Below, piece after piece: positions 37,584-46,725 of a stretch of 64,000 nt of DNA. The first letter of the stretch is position 1. Every line of letters begins with the position of its first letter. The position numbers and the translations under genes were made by a program. Origin of the DNA: an uncultured Actinomycetes bacterium (GTDB lineage: Bacteria; Actinomycetota; Thermoleophilia; Gaiellales; Gaiellaceae); contig CAVPGJ010000001.1 of NCBI GenBank assembly GCA_963704005.1, positions 240,345-304,344 of the forward strand, given 5' to 3'. The notes below the pieces were generated by a model, which saw nothing but the letters and a program-made list of their open reading frames with translations, searched no databases and was not told the DNA's origin.

Positions 37584-38021
37584 ATGCAAAAGACCTGGAA
37601 CGCAAAGCCTGGCGAGGTCGAGCGCCGCTGGTACCTCGTCGACGCCGAAGGAAAGACGCTCGGGCGTCTCGCTACGCAGATCGCGGACACGCTCCGCGGC
37701 AAGCACAAGGCCGAGTACACCCCGCACGTCGACACGGGCGACTTCGTCGTCGTCGTCAACGCCGAGAAGATCGCGGTCACGGGCAAGAAGCTGGACGACA
37801 AGATGTACCACCGCCACTCCGGCTATCCCGGCGGCCTCCGCAGCCGGCCGCTCCGCGACCAGCTCGAGCGCCGGCCGACCGAGGTGCTGCGCAAGGCGGT
37901 CAAGGGCATGCTCCCGCGCAACCGCCTCTCGCGCGCCCAGATCAAGAAGCTGAAGATCTATGCCGGCCCCGAGCACCCGCACGAGGCGCAGGCGCCGTCC
38001 GAGCTGGAGCTGCATTCGTGA
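37584..38021 (+). CDS. rplM: 50S ribosomal protein L13
   Basis: [30 protein letters not shown].... Confidence 0.92.
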   Translation: MQKTWNAKPGEVERRWYLVDAEGKTLGRLATQIADTLRGKHKAEYTPHVDTGDFVVVVNAEKIAVTGKKLDDKMYHRHSGYPGGLRSRPLRDQLERRPTEVLRKAVKGMLPRNRLSRAQIKKLKIYAGPEHPHEAQAPSELELHS

Positions 38022-38416
38022 GCGATCTCGCGCAGTACCGCGGCACCGGCAAGCGTAAGACGTCGGTCGCGCGCGTGATCCTCAAGCCCGGCGACGGCGC
38101 GACCTGGTTCAACGACGGCCGCACGATCGAGGAGTACTTCCCGCGCGCTGCGCACCGCGAGCTGGCGCTGGCGCCGCTGAAGGTCGCCGGTGTCGAGGGC
38201 ACGTTCGACCTTCGCGTGCGCGTGCAGGGTGGCGGCCCGAGCGGCCAGGCCGGCGCCGTCCGCCACGGGATCGCCCGCGCGCTGGTCGATGCCGATCCCG
38301 AGCTGCGCGTCCCGCTCAAGCGCGCCGGCTACCTGACGCGCGACGCGCGGATCGTCGAGCGCAAGAAGGCCGGCCTGCACAAGGCGCGCAAGGCGCCCCA
38401 GTTCTCCAAGCGCTAG
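38018..38416 (+). CDS. rpsI: 30S ribosomal protein S9
   Basis: GTG 38018 (GTGA overlap with rplM). ...[14 protein letters not shown]...[19 protein letters not shown]...[19 protein letters not shown]. Confidence 0.92.
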   Translation: MSDLAQYRGTGKRKTSVARVILKPGDGATWFNDGRTIEEYFPRAAHRELALAPLKVAGVEGTFDLRVRVQGGGPSGQAGAVRHGIARALVDADPELRVPLKRAGYLTRDARIVERKKAGLHKARKAPQFSKR

Positions 38417-38420
38417 CTCG

Positions 38421-39686
38421 TTGGCCCGCCGCTACTTCGGGACCGACGGGGTCCGGGGCGTCGTCGGCGAGGACCTGACCCCGCAGCTCGTCGAGCGGCT
38501 CGGCCGCGCCGCCACCTACTGGTCTGACGGCGGCCGCGTCTTCGTCGGCCGCGACACGCGCGAGTCGGGCCTGGAGCTGGAGGAGGCCTTCGCCCGCGGC
38601 GTCGTCTCGGCCGGCGGCAACGCCGTCCTGGCCGGCATCCTGCCGACCCCTGCGGTCGCCCTGCTCGCGCTCGACCTCGGCGTCGTCATCTCGGCCTCGC
38701 ACAACCCGCCCGAGTACAACGGCGTCAAGCTCTTCGACGCCGAGGGCCAGAAGCTGACCGACGCGGCCGAGGAGGCGGTCGAGGCGCTGCTGGACGAGCC
38801 GCCGGCCGCCGATCCAGGCAGGGCCGACCACGTCGGCGTCGCGACCGAGAGCTACCTCGAGCACATCGTCGAGCGCTTCGGCTCCAACCTCGCCGGCCTG
38901 CGGGTCGTGGTCGACTGCGCGAACGGCGCCTACTCCGGGATCGCCCCGAGGGCCTTCGAGGAGCTCGGGGCCGAGGTGACCGCGATCGGCTCCGACCCGG
39001 ACGGCTCCAACATCAACGTCGGCTGCGGGGCCACCGACCTCCGGGCCTTGCAACACTGTGTTACTAAGTCCCGCGCCGACCTCGGGATCGCGTTCGACGG
39101 CGACGGCGACCGGATGCTGGCGGTCGACGCCCGCGGACAGGCCGTGGACGGCGACCAGATCCTCGCGATCCTGATGCTGCACCTCGGCGTCGACCTGGTC
39201 GCGGTCACGGTGATGACGAACCTCGGGCTCCACCGGCTCGCAGCCGAGCGCGGCATCCGCGTCGTCACGACCGACGTCGGCGACCGCTACGTGCTCGAGG
39301 CGCTGCGCCGGGAGGGCGGCGTCCTCGGCGGCGAGCAGTCGGGCCACCTGATCTACCTGAACGGCCACGTGACCGGGGACGGCCTCGTCGCCGGGCTCTT
39401 GCTCTGCCGGGCTCTCGAGGGCGGCACGCTCGAGACGGCGGCGGCCGTGATGCCGCGCTTCCCGCAGGCGACGGCCAACATCCGCGCCGCCGAGAAGATC
39501 CTGCCGGAGAGCGTCGTCGAGGAGGTCGAGCGCCTCAACGCCGAGCTCGACGGCCACGGCCGCGTGCTGGTCAGGCCCTCCGGCACCGAACCCCTCATTC
39601 GAGTGCTTGCAGAGGCCGAGACGCGGCCGGAAGCCGAAACAGCCTGTGCTACCATTTCCGCTCTCGTAACACGAGAGCTCGGCTGA
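38421..39686 (+). CDS. glmM: phosphoglucosamine mutase
   Basis: TTG start. YFGTDGVRG, the active-site ISASHNPPEYNG, FDGDGDR, GGEQSGH and RPSGTEP. Confidence 0.92.
   Translation: MARRYFGTDGVRGVVGEDLTPQLVERLGRAATYWSDGGRVFVGRDTRESGLELEEAFARGVVSAGGNAVLAGILPTPAVALLALDLGVVISASHNPPEYNGVKLFDAEGQKLTDAAEEAVEALLDEPPAADPGRADHVGVATESYLEHIVERFGSNLAGLRVVVDCANGAYSGIAPRAFEELGAEVTAIGSDPDGSNINVGCGATDLRALQHCVTKSRADLGIAFDGDGDRMLAVDARGQAVDGDQILAILMLHLGVDLVAVTVMTNLGLHRLAAERGIRVVTTDVGDRYVLEALRREGGVLGGEQSGHLIYLNGHVTGDGLVAGLLLCRALEGGTLETAAAVMPRFPQATANIRAAEKILPESVVEEVERLNAELDGHGRVLVRPSGTEPLIRVLAEAETRPEAETACATISALVTRELG
39046..39068. repeat. 23-bp AT-rich palindromic box, copy 3 (CCTTGCAACACTGTGTTACTAAG), inside glmM
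   Basis: Its reverse complement CTTAGTAACACAGTGTTGCAAGG matches copy 1 at 19/23 positions. It is encoded by rare A/T-ending codons (ttg caa cac tgt gtt act aag). Confidence 0.55.
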
Positions 39687-39751
39687 CCCGCCTCGACGAA
39701 GGGACGGGGTAGCAGCCGGGCCTTTTGCGTTTTCAAGGGAGGTTTTCTGGC

Positions 39752-41581
39752 GTGTGCGGAATCATCGGCTACGTCGGGCGCAGGCCCTGTAAGGATCTTC
39801 TCCTCCAAGGCCTGGAGCGCCTGGAGTACCGGGGCTACGACTCCGCCGGGCTCGCCCTCCGCGAGGACGAGCGCCTCGACTACATGCGCGCCGTCGGCAA
39901 CCTCCAGGTCCTGAAGCAGGCCGCCGGCCCGAACGGCTCGCAGGCGACGACCGGGCTCGGCCACACGCGCTGGGCGACCCACGGCGCCGTCACCATGCAG
40001 AACGCACACCCGCTCAGCGGCTGCGACGAAGGCAAGCTGGCGATCGTCCTGAACGGAATCGTCGAGAACTTCCGCGAGCTGAAAGAGTCGCTCGAGGCCG
40101 AGGGCCATACGTTCAAGACCGAGACCGACGCCGAGGTGGTCGTGCACCTGATCGAGCGCCACTACGACGGCGATCTGGCCGAGGCCGTCCGCGCCGCCTA
40201 CCGGGAGCTCGAGGGCCACTTCGCCTTCGTCGCCGTCCACCACGAACATCCGGGCGAGCTGGTCGGCGCGCGGCTGCAGTGCCCGCTGCTCGTCGGCGTC
40301 GGCCAGGGCGAGATGTTCCTCGCCTCGATGGCCGCCGCGTTCATCTCCGAGACGCGCAGGATCCAGCTGATCGAGGACGGCGAGGTCGTCTCGATCACCG
40401 AGGCCGGCGCGCGCTTCCTCGACGTCGAGAACGGCGAGGTCGAGCGCGAGACGGTCGAGGTCGACTGGGACCTCGAGGCGGCCGAGAAGAGCGGCTTCGA
40501 GACGTTCATGCTCAAGGAGATCTACGACCAGCCCGAGGCCGTCGCCGAGACGCTCGGCGACCGCGTGCGGCACGGGAAGCTCGTCCTCGAGAGCCTGGGC
40601 ATGACCGAGACCGAGCTGTGCAACCTGCGCCGGATCGTCATCGTGGCCGCGGGCACCTCGTACCACGCAGGCGTCGTCGGCCGCTACATGATCGAGGAGT
40701 GGGCGCGCCTGCCCGTCGAGCCAGACATCGCCAGCGAATGGATCTACCGCAACCCGGTGCTCTCGAAGGACACGCTCGTGATCGGGATCTCGCAGTCCGG
40801 CGAGTCGCGCGACACGATCAACGCGATCAAGCTCGCGGGCGAGCTCGGCGCGCGCACGCTCGCGATCACGAACCTGATGGGCTCGCAGATAACGCGCGAG
40901 GCCGGGGCCGTGCTCTACACCCGCTGCGGCCTCGAGGTCGGCGTCGCCGCCTCGAAGACCTTCACCGCCCAGGTCGCCCTGCTGGCGCTGATCGGGCTGA
41001 AGCTGGCGCAGGTGCGCAAGACGCTGGAGCCGAACGAGATCGAGTTCATCCTCGACCGCCTCTACGAGCTCCCCGACAAGATCCTCCAGTTCCTGGACGG
41101 CGACCACCCGATCGACGAGATCGCCCAGCGCTTCTACGACAAGCCGTTCTTCCTCTACCTCGGCCGCCACATCGGCCTGCCGGTCGCGCTCGAGGGCGCG
41201 CTGAAGCTGAAGGAGATCTCGTACATCCCGACCGACGCCTACTCGGCCGGTGAGATGAAGCACGGCCCGATCGCGCTGCTCGAGGAGGGCACACCGGTCG
41301 TCTGCGTCGCGACCGACCAGAAGGTGATCTACGACAAGGTCGTCTCGAACATCCAGGAGACGAGGGCGCGCGGCGCGCACGTGATCGCGATCGCGACCGA
41401 CGGGAACGAGGACATCCAGCACCACGCCGACGACGTGATCTACGTGCCGAGGACGCCGGCCTTCCTGCAGTCGGTGCTCGCGGTCGTGCCCCTCCAGCTG
41501 CTCGCGTACCGGATCGCCCGCCTGCGGGGCCTGAACGTCGACCAGCCGCGCAACCTGGCGAAGACCGTCACCGTCGAGTAG
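39752..41581 (+). CDS. glmS: glutamine--fructose-6-phosphate aminotransferase
   Basis: GTG 39752 is preceded by AAGGGAGG. (M)CGIIGY N-terminal nucleophile, two SIS domains, and C-terminal NLAKTVTVE. Confidence 0.93.
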   Translation: MCGIIGYVGRRPCKDLLLQGLERLEYRGYDSAGLALREDERLDYMRAVGNLQVLKQAAGPNGSQATTGLGHTRWATHGAVTMQNAHPLSGCDEGKLAIVLNGIVENFRELKESLEAEGHTFKTETDAEVVVHLIERHYDGDLAEAVRAAYRELEGHFAFVAVHHEHPGELVGARLQCPLLVGVGQGEMFLASMAAAFISETRRIQLIEDGEVVSITEAGARFLDVENGEVERETVEVDWDLEAAEKSGFETFMLKEIYDQPEAVAETLGDRVRHGKLVLESLGMTETELCNLRRIVIVAAGTSYHAGVVGRYMIEEWARLPVEPDIASEWIYRNPVLSKDTLVIGISQSGESRDTINAIKLAGELGARTLAITNLMGSQITREAGAVLYTRCGLEVGVAASKTFTAQVALLALIGLKLAQVRKTLEPNEIEFILDRLYELPDKILQFLDGDHPIDEIAQRFYDKPFFLYLGRHIGLPVALEGALKLKEISYIPTDAYSAGEMKHGPIALLEEGTPVVCVATDQKVIYDKVVSNIQETRARGAHVIAIATDGNEDIQHHADDVIYVPRTPAFLQSVLAVVPLQLLAYRIARLRGLNVDQPRNLAKTVTVE

Positions 41582-41600
41582 CCGCGACTACGCTCGGCGG

Positions 41601-42740
41601 GTGGACGTGCTCGGCCAGATCGGGCAGGGGCTCTGGAACGCCTTCCAGATGGCGTGGGCGGTCTGGTGGGCGCTCGTGCTCGGCTTCCTGCTCTCGGGGA
41701 TCGTGCAGGCCTGGGCGCCGCGGCACGGGATGGAGCGCGCGCTGGGAGGGCGCGGGCTGCGGTCGGCCGCGCTCGCGACGGGCTTCGGCGCCGCGTCGTC
41801 CTCCTGCAGCTACGCAGCGGTCGCGATCGCCAAGTCGGCCTTCCAGAAGGGCGCGAGCCTGCCGGCGGCGATGGCCTTCCAGTTCGCCTCGACGAACCTC
41901 GTCTTCGAGATCGGGATCGTGATCTGGGTGTTCATCGGCTGGCAGTTCACGCTGGCCGAGTTCGTGGGCGGGCTGATCCTGATCTGCCTGATGTGGCTCG
42001 TCCTGCGGCTGCTCGTCTCGCGGCGCACGGAGGAGCGCGCCCGCGAGCACGCGCTCGCCGCGGACGCAGGCCACGTGCACCACAGCGCCGGTGGCTCGCC
42101 CTGGCGCTCGCTCGACGCCTGGCGGGACGTCGCCCGCAACTTCAGGCACGACTGGAAGATGCTCTGGAAGGAGATCGTGGCCGGCTTCCTGATCGCCGGC
42201 TTCGTCTCGCTGTTGCCGCTGCACGTCTTCAACTCGCTCTTCCTGACGCACACGGGCGGGGCGGGGCAGCTGTTCGAGAACGTGCTCATCGGGCCGGTCG
42301 TCGCCGTGCTCTCGTTCGTCTGCTCGGTCGGGAACATTCCGCTGGCGGCGGTGCTCTGGGCGGGCGGGATCTCCTTCGCCGGCGTGATCGCGTTCATCTA
42401 CGCCGACCTGATCATCCTGCCGCTGATCGTGATCTACGCGCGCTACTACGGGCGCCGCTTGGCCGCGCTGCTGGTCGCGGTGATGTTCGGCTCGATGGTG
42501 CTCGCGGCGCTGGCCGTCGACGGAATCTTCAGCTGGGCCGGTCTGATCCCGGAGCACCGGCCCTCGATCGACTCGATCGCCGACCGCGGGATTTCCTGGA
42601 ACTACACGACGGCGCTGAACATCGTGTTCACGGCAGTCGCGCTTGCCCTCGTCGTGCTCAGCAGGCGGCCTGGGCCAGGCCCAGGCCCGGCGCACGCCCA
42701 CGTCCACGGCTCAGGGCAGGCCGCCGAGGCGACCAAGTAA
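41601..42740 (+). CDS. permease, ArsP_1/DUF318 family
   Basis: 379 aa, polytopic. Paired Cys-containing motifs ASSSCSYAAV and FVCSVGNIPLAAVLW. Confidence 0.7.
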   Translation: MDVLGQIGQGLWNAFQMAWAVWWALVLGFLLSGIVQAWAPRHGMERALGGRGLRSAALATGFGAASSSCSYAAVAIAKSAFQKGASLPAAMAFQFASTNLVFEIGIVIWVFIGWQFTLAEFVGGLILICLMWLVLRLLVSRRTEERAREHALAADAGHVHHSAGGSPWRSLDAWRDVARNFRHDWKMLWKEIVAGFLIAGFVSLLPLHVFNSLFLTHTGGAGQLFENVLIGPVVAVLSFVCSVGNIPLAAVLWAGGISFAGVIAFIYADLIILPLIVIYARYYGRRLAALLVAVMFGSMVLAALAVDGIFSWAGLIPEHRPSIDSIADRGISWNYTTALNIVFTAVALALVVLSRRPGPGPGPAHAHVHGSGQAAEATK

Positions 42741-42755
42741 CAGTCTGTTGCAAGG
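42733..42755. repeat. 23-bp AT-rich palindromic box, copy 2 (CCAAGTAACAGTCTGTTGCAAGG)
   Basis: Matches copy 1 at 19/23 positions. It overlaps the TAA stop of the permease, within the 25-nt gap to convergent mreB. Confidence 0.6.
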
Positions 42756-42765
42756 GTCCGCCCCG

Positions 42766-43809
42766 CTAGCGACGCGCGCGGCGCTGGGCCTTCGCGGCCC
42801 GCTCGAGCGTCTCCAGCTCGTCGAGGCTGCGGCCCGCGCCCTCGACGACGCAGGTCAGAGGCGACTCGACCAGCTGCACCGGCAGCCCGACCTCGTGGCG
42901 CAGCCGCTCGCCGAGCCCGCGCAGGAGCGAGCCGCCACCGGCGAGGACGATCCCGCGCTCGCCTAGGTCGGCCGCGAGCTCGGGCGGCGTCCGCTCGAGC
43001 GTGTCCTTGACGGCGCTGACGATCCGCGCGACCGGCTGCTCCAGGGCCCGGCGTACGTCGTCTGCGCCCACGCTCACGCGGCGCAGCAGGCCGGTGACGA
43101 GATCGCGCCCGGCGACCTGCGTGTCGGCCGGCTCCTCCTCGACCGGCCACGCAGAGCCGACGGCGATCTTGGCCGCCTCGGCGGTCTCCTGCCCGATCAG
43201 CAGCTTGTGGGCGTTCTTGACGGAGTCGACGATCGCGTCGTCCATCTCGTAGCCGCCGACGCGGATCGACTCCCAGACGACCATCCCCCCGAGCGCGATG
43301 ACCGCGACCTCGGTCGTGCCGCCGCCGATGTCGATCACCATGCTCGCCACCGCGTCCCCGACCGGCAGGTTCGCTCCGATCGCCGCGGCCATCGGCTCTT
43401 CGATCAGGTAGACGGAGCGTGCGCCGGCCGAGCGCGTAGCCTCGTCGACCGCCCGCCGCTCGACATCGGTGATCCCGCTCGGCACGCAGAGCACCACCCG
43501 CGCGAACGAGAAGCGGCCCCCGCCGGCCCTGCGGATGAAGTGGCGCAGCATCTGCTCGGTGATCTCGAAGTCGGCGATCACGCCGTGCCGCAGCGGCCGG
43601 ATCGCGCGGATCGTCGCCGGCGTCCGGCCGATCATCCTCCGCGCCTCCGAGCCGACGGCCTGCACCTCGCCCGTCTCCTCGGAGAAGGCGACCACCGACG
43701 GCTCGAAGAGCACGATCCCCTGTCCGCGGATGAACACCAGCGTGTTGGCCGTGCCGAGGTCGACCGCAAGGTCGCGGCCGCCGCCGAAGGACCCGCGAAG
43801 TAGCCGCAT
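42766..43809 (-). CDS. mreB: rod shape-determining protein MreB
   Basis: DLAVDLGTANTLVF, VIDIGGGTTEVAV and GIVLAGGGSLLRGL. Confidence 0.92.
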   Translation of the reverse strand: MRLLRGSFGGGRDLAVDLGTANTLVFIRGQGIVLFEPSVVAFSEETGEVQAVGSEARRMIGRTPATIRAIRPLRHGVIADFEITEQMLRHFIRRAGGGRFSFARVVLCVPSGITDVERRAVDEATRSAGARSVYLIEEPMAAAIGANLPVGDAVASMVIDIGGGTTEVAVIALGGMVVWESIRVGGYEMDDAIVDSVKNAHKLLIGQETAEAAKIAVGSAWPVEEEPADTQVAGRDLVTGLLRRVSVGADDVRRALEQPVARIVSAVKDTLERTPPELAADLGERGIVLAGGGSLLRGLGERLRHEVGLPVQLVESPLTCVVEGAGRSLDELETLERAAKAQRRARR

Positions 43810-43828
43810 GTCCGGACCCTAGCTATGC

Positions 43829-43854
43829 GAGAGGCCGCCAAACGGCGGCCTCTC
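43829..43854 (-). terminator. stem-loop GAGAGGCCGCC-(4 nt)-GGCGGCCTCTC downstream of 43879..44604
   Basis: Perfect 11-bp stem 25 nt after the stop of the upstream minus-strand gene, 20 nt before the mreB start. Confidence 0.55.
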
Positions 43855-43878
43855 GCGGGGCGGGGGAGGGCGCCCTAC

Positions 43879-44604
43879 CTACATGCCGGGCTCGTGGTCG
43901 CCGACGTGGTTCGCCGGCACCTGCTCGACCTGGCCGAGCGAGGCGGCGGCCCGTGCGCGGATCCGCACCGAGATCCGGTCGCCGACGACGAGCTGGCTGG
44001 GCGAGATCAGCGTCGGGACGCCGCCCTGCCAGAGCACGAAGATGGTGTGCGAGTCGTAGCTGAAGGTCTGGTCGAGCGGCTGCCCCAGCATCCTCTGCAG
44101 CGCTCGCTGGTTCCCGTTCACGATGTGCAGCGTCAGCTGGCCGCCCGAGGCGGGCCCGTCGAGCTTGCCGACGAACAGCCAGAGCGGTTTGTGCGCGAAG
44201 CTCGGGTTCGGCCCGCGGTCGGCCACGCGTCCTGCTGCAGTCGCCTCGATCTGCGCCAGCGACGACCTTCGCGGCGACCGGACGCGGACGCTGACGCGGT
44301 CGCCGGCCACGAGGTTCGACTCCGGCACGACCGTGGGCACGCCGTTCGTCCAGCGGATGTACTGCGTGTTCTGCCCGACCGCGAACTGCTGGCTCTTGCC
44401 CTGGCCGACGAGCTTCTTGAGCGCGATGCGGTTGCCGCCGGAGATGTCGACGTAGAGCGTCGGCGAGCTGCCGGCGTCGGCCATGAGGTGGCCGTTGAAG
44501 ATGAAGAGCGCGCCGCCGCCGTTCCCAGCGGCGAAGGTGCTCGAGGCGCCCGCTGCGAGGACGGCGAGAGCAACGAGCGCGAGGGGGAGAAGTTGCCGTC
44601 TCAT
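43879..44604 (-). CDS. secreted protein with an internally duplicated ~95-aa domain
   Basis: ATG 44602-44604 is preceded by AGGAGG, followed by a signal peptide. The two halves align (..LYVDISGGNRIALKKLVGQ..VVPESNLVAGDRVSVRVRSP.. versus ..LTLHIVNGNQRALQRMLGQ..LISPSQLVVGDRISVRIRAR..). Confidence 0.65.
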   Translation of the reverse strand: MRRQLLPLALVALAVLAAGASSTFAAGNGGGALFIFNGHLMADAGSSPTLYVDISGGNRIALKKLVGQGKSQQFAVGQNTQYIRWTNGVPTVVPESNLVAGDRVSVRVRSPRRSSLAQIEATAAGRVADRGPNPSFAHKPLWLFVGKLDGPASGGQLTLHIVNGNQRALQRMLGQPLDQTFSYDSHTIFVLWQGGVPTLISPSQLVVGDRISVRIRARAAASLGQVEQVPANHVGDHEPGM

Positions 44605-44723
44605 CGTGATCCTCCTGATCGATGGTGATTCCGCGCTCATGGTCGCTTCGAGGTGTCAGGGGCCGATGTGCGGGCTGTAAGGCCTCGGTAAGCGGACGTA
44701 AGAAGTTGTGGGAAGATCCCGGC

Positions 44724-45633
44724 GTGGCCGTCGCCGACCGCGTCCAGGAAGGCTTCGTCCCGTTCCGCGGCGGCCGCACCTGGTACCGGTCGGTCGCGGC
44801 CGGGAGCGAGGACCCGGCGCGCCTGCCGCTCCTCTGCCTGCACGGCGGCCCGGGCGCGAACTGGCTGCACATGAAGCCCTACGAGGCGCTCGCGGACGAG
44901 CGGCGCGTCGTCTTCTACGACCAGCTCGGGTCGGGGAGCTCGGCGCTGGAGGAGCCGCACGACCCGTCGCTCTGGACGCCGGAGCTCTATGTCGAGGAGG
45001 TCGGCGTCGTGCGCGAGGCGCTCGGCCTCGAGCGCGTCCACGTCCTCGGCCACTCCTGGGGCGGGATGCTCGGGATGCAGTACGCACTCGGGTCAGCCCG
45101 ACGGGCTCGTCTCGCTGATCGTCGAGAGCTCGCCGCCGAGCGTGCCGGAGTGGATGCCGGAGGTCGCGCGCCTGCGCTCGGAGCTGCCGCCGGAGGTCGA
45201 CGCGACCCTGCGCCGGCACGAGGAGGCCGGCACGACCGACTCGCCCGAGTACGAGGAGGCGACGATGGTCTTCTACAAGCGCCACCTCTGCCGCGTCGAC
45301 CCGTGGCCCGACTGGCTGGTCGAGTGCTTCGAGCTCCTCGAGGCGAATCCGGAGGTCTACCACTCGATGAACGGCCCCAGCGAGTTCCACGTGATCGGCA
45401 CGATCAGGGACTGGGACATCACGCCGCGGCTCGGCCGGATCCAGGCGCCGACGCTCGTCTTCTCGGGCCGCTACGACGAGGTGACGCCGGCCTGCACCGA
45501 GGCGGCGCACCGCGCGATCCCCGGCTCCGAGTACGTCGTGCTCGAGGAGAGCTCGCACATGGCGCAGGCCGAGCAGCCGGACGAGACGCTCGCGCTCGTC
45601 CGAGACTTCATCGCGCGAGCCGAGTCGGACTAG
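44724..45633 (+). pseudogene. proline iminopeptidase-family alpha/beta hydrolase, apparent +1 frameshift at ~45090-45094
   Basis: GTG 44724. ...LHGGPGA...YDQLGSGSS...VLGHSWGGMLGMQYALG is in phase 0. QPDGLVSLIVESSPPS...SGRYDEVTP...VVLEESSHMAQ is in phase 1 (ORF 44989..45633). Confidence 0.8.
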
Positions 45634-45675
45634 CCCGCGGGACCTCTCTCGCGGCCACCGTCGTAGTGAGCGCAG

Positions 45676-46155
45676 ATGCGCAAATTCGCCGTGACCGGGT
45701 TGCTCGTCGCTCTCCTCTTCGTGCCCGCCGCCGCGGCGAGAGCTCCGACCCGGATCGACGTAGGCCACGGGATCAGCGCTGTGCTGCCGGCCGGCTGGCG
45801 GCTAGTCCACCGGCAGGTCACCGAGTGCAGCGACCCTGCGCAGCGGGTCGTCGCGACCGATGCGGGCGGGACGTTGCGGCCGGGGGCGCACGCCCCTACG
45901 CGCGCGGCGGTCGTACTCGTCATGGAGACGAGCCTCGGCGGCCGCTTTCCGGCACGCCCTGCACGTTTTCACCTACCGCATCTCGCGTCGAATATCGGAG
46001 GTTGCTGTGAGATGCCCTACGGTCCGGGCGCCGAGCTGCTCTTCCGCGACCACGGCCGCGAGTTCTACGCCTTCGTCTACCTCGGCCGTCGCTCGAAAGA
46101 CCGCTCCGCCGTGCTCGAGCTGCTGAACAGCCTGCGAATCTCGCCGAGCAGCTGA
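45676..46155 (+). CDS. secreted hypothetical protein
   Basis: 159 aa with signal peptide MRKFAVTGLLVALLFVPAAAA. No family recognised. Confidence 0.5.
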   Translation: MRKFAVTGLLVALLFVPAAAARAPTRIDVGHGISAVLPAGWRLVHRQVTECSDPAQRVVATDAGGTLRPGAHAPTRAAVVLVMETSLGGRFPARPARFHLPHLASNIGGCCEMPYGPGAELLFRDHGREFYAFVYLGRRSKDRSAVLELLNSLRISPSS

Positions 46156-46158
46156 CTG

Positions 46159-46317
46159 CTACTCCGGGTCCTGTTGCTTCGCCCGGAGCTCGGCGTCCTC
46201 GCGCTTCTTCGCCTTCCAGAAGATCCAGCAGATCACGCCGAGGACGACGAACGAGGTCGCCATCATCCCGACGATGACCGCGTCCAGCGCCGCCGCTCCG
46301 TGGTCGAGCAACAGCAT
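46159..46317 (-). CDS. small single-TMS protein, translationally coupled to arfB (TGATG)
   Basis: Internal ATG 46315-46317 of ORF 46159..46734. It has a hydrophobic core ...VIVGMMATSFVVLGVICWIFW followed by a charged tail. Confidence 0.4.
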   Translation of the reverse strand: MLLLDHGAAALDAVIVGMMATSFVVLGVICWIFWKAKKREDAELRAKQQDPE

Positions 46318-46725
46318 CAGTCGAGCTCCCGGCGCCGGCGCTTGAGCTCGCTGCGGCGTCGCTTCTGCTCGAGCCGGCGCTCGACCGCCGCCCGGCTCGG
46401 CTTCGTCGGCCGCCGCCGCCGTGGCACGAACAACGCCTCGCGCAGCGCCTCGACCAGGCGCTCGGTGGCGAGCTCGCGGTTGCGCCACTGGCTGCGCTCG
46501 TCCTGGGCGACCGCGCGGATGACTGGTCCCGCGCGCGCGAGGACCCTTCGCTTCTGCGCCTCCGTCAGCGACGGGGAGGCCTCGACGTCGAAGCTCGCCT
46601 CGACCCGCGTGTCGCTCTTCTGCGCGTGCTGGCCGCCCGGCCCGCTCGAGCGCGAGAAGCGCAGCTCGATCTCGCGAGCGCGGGATAGTGACCGAACGGG
46701 TTACCTGAATAGACTCGCGCTCCAT
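46317..46725 (-). pseudogene. arfB: alternative ribosome-rescue factor ArfB (peptidyl-tRNA hydrolase, GGQ), apparent +1 frameshift at ~46672-46677
   Basis: MERESIQVTRSVTIPRS is in one frame. EIELRFSRSSGPGGQHAQKSDTRVEASFDV...RSQWRNRELATERL...basic tail lies in the next frame, which has no start codon of its own and a TAA just upstream (46701-46703). Confidence 0.8.

Noticed and set aside
39687-39751. Possible glmS ribozyme/riboswitch upstream of glmS
   Set aside because: The glmM-glmS spacer is only 65 nt, far shorter than the ~170-nt ribozyme. It shows only an SD (AAGGGAGG) and no recognisable conserved core.
46660-46690. Programmed +1 frameshift in arfB by analogy with prfB (RF2)
   Set aside because: There is no CUU-UGA-type slippery/stop context and no internal SD-like stimulator. 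Eighteen further +1 disruptions occur in unrelated genes, so a gene-specific recoding signal is not the parsimonious explanation.
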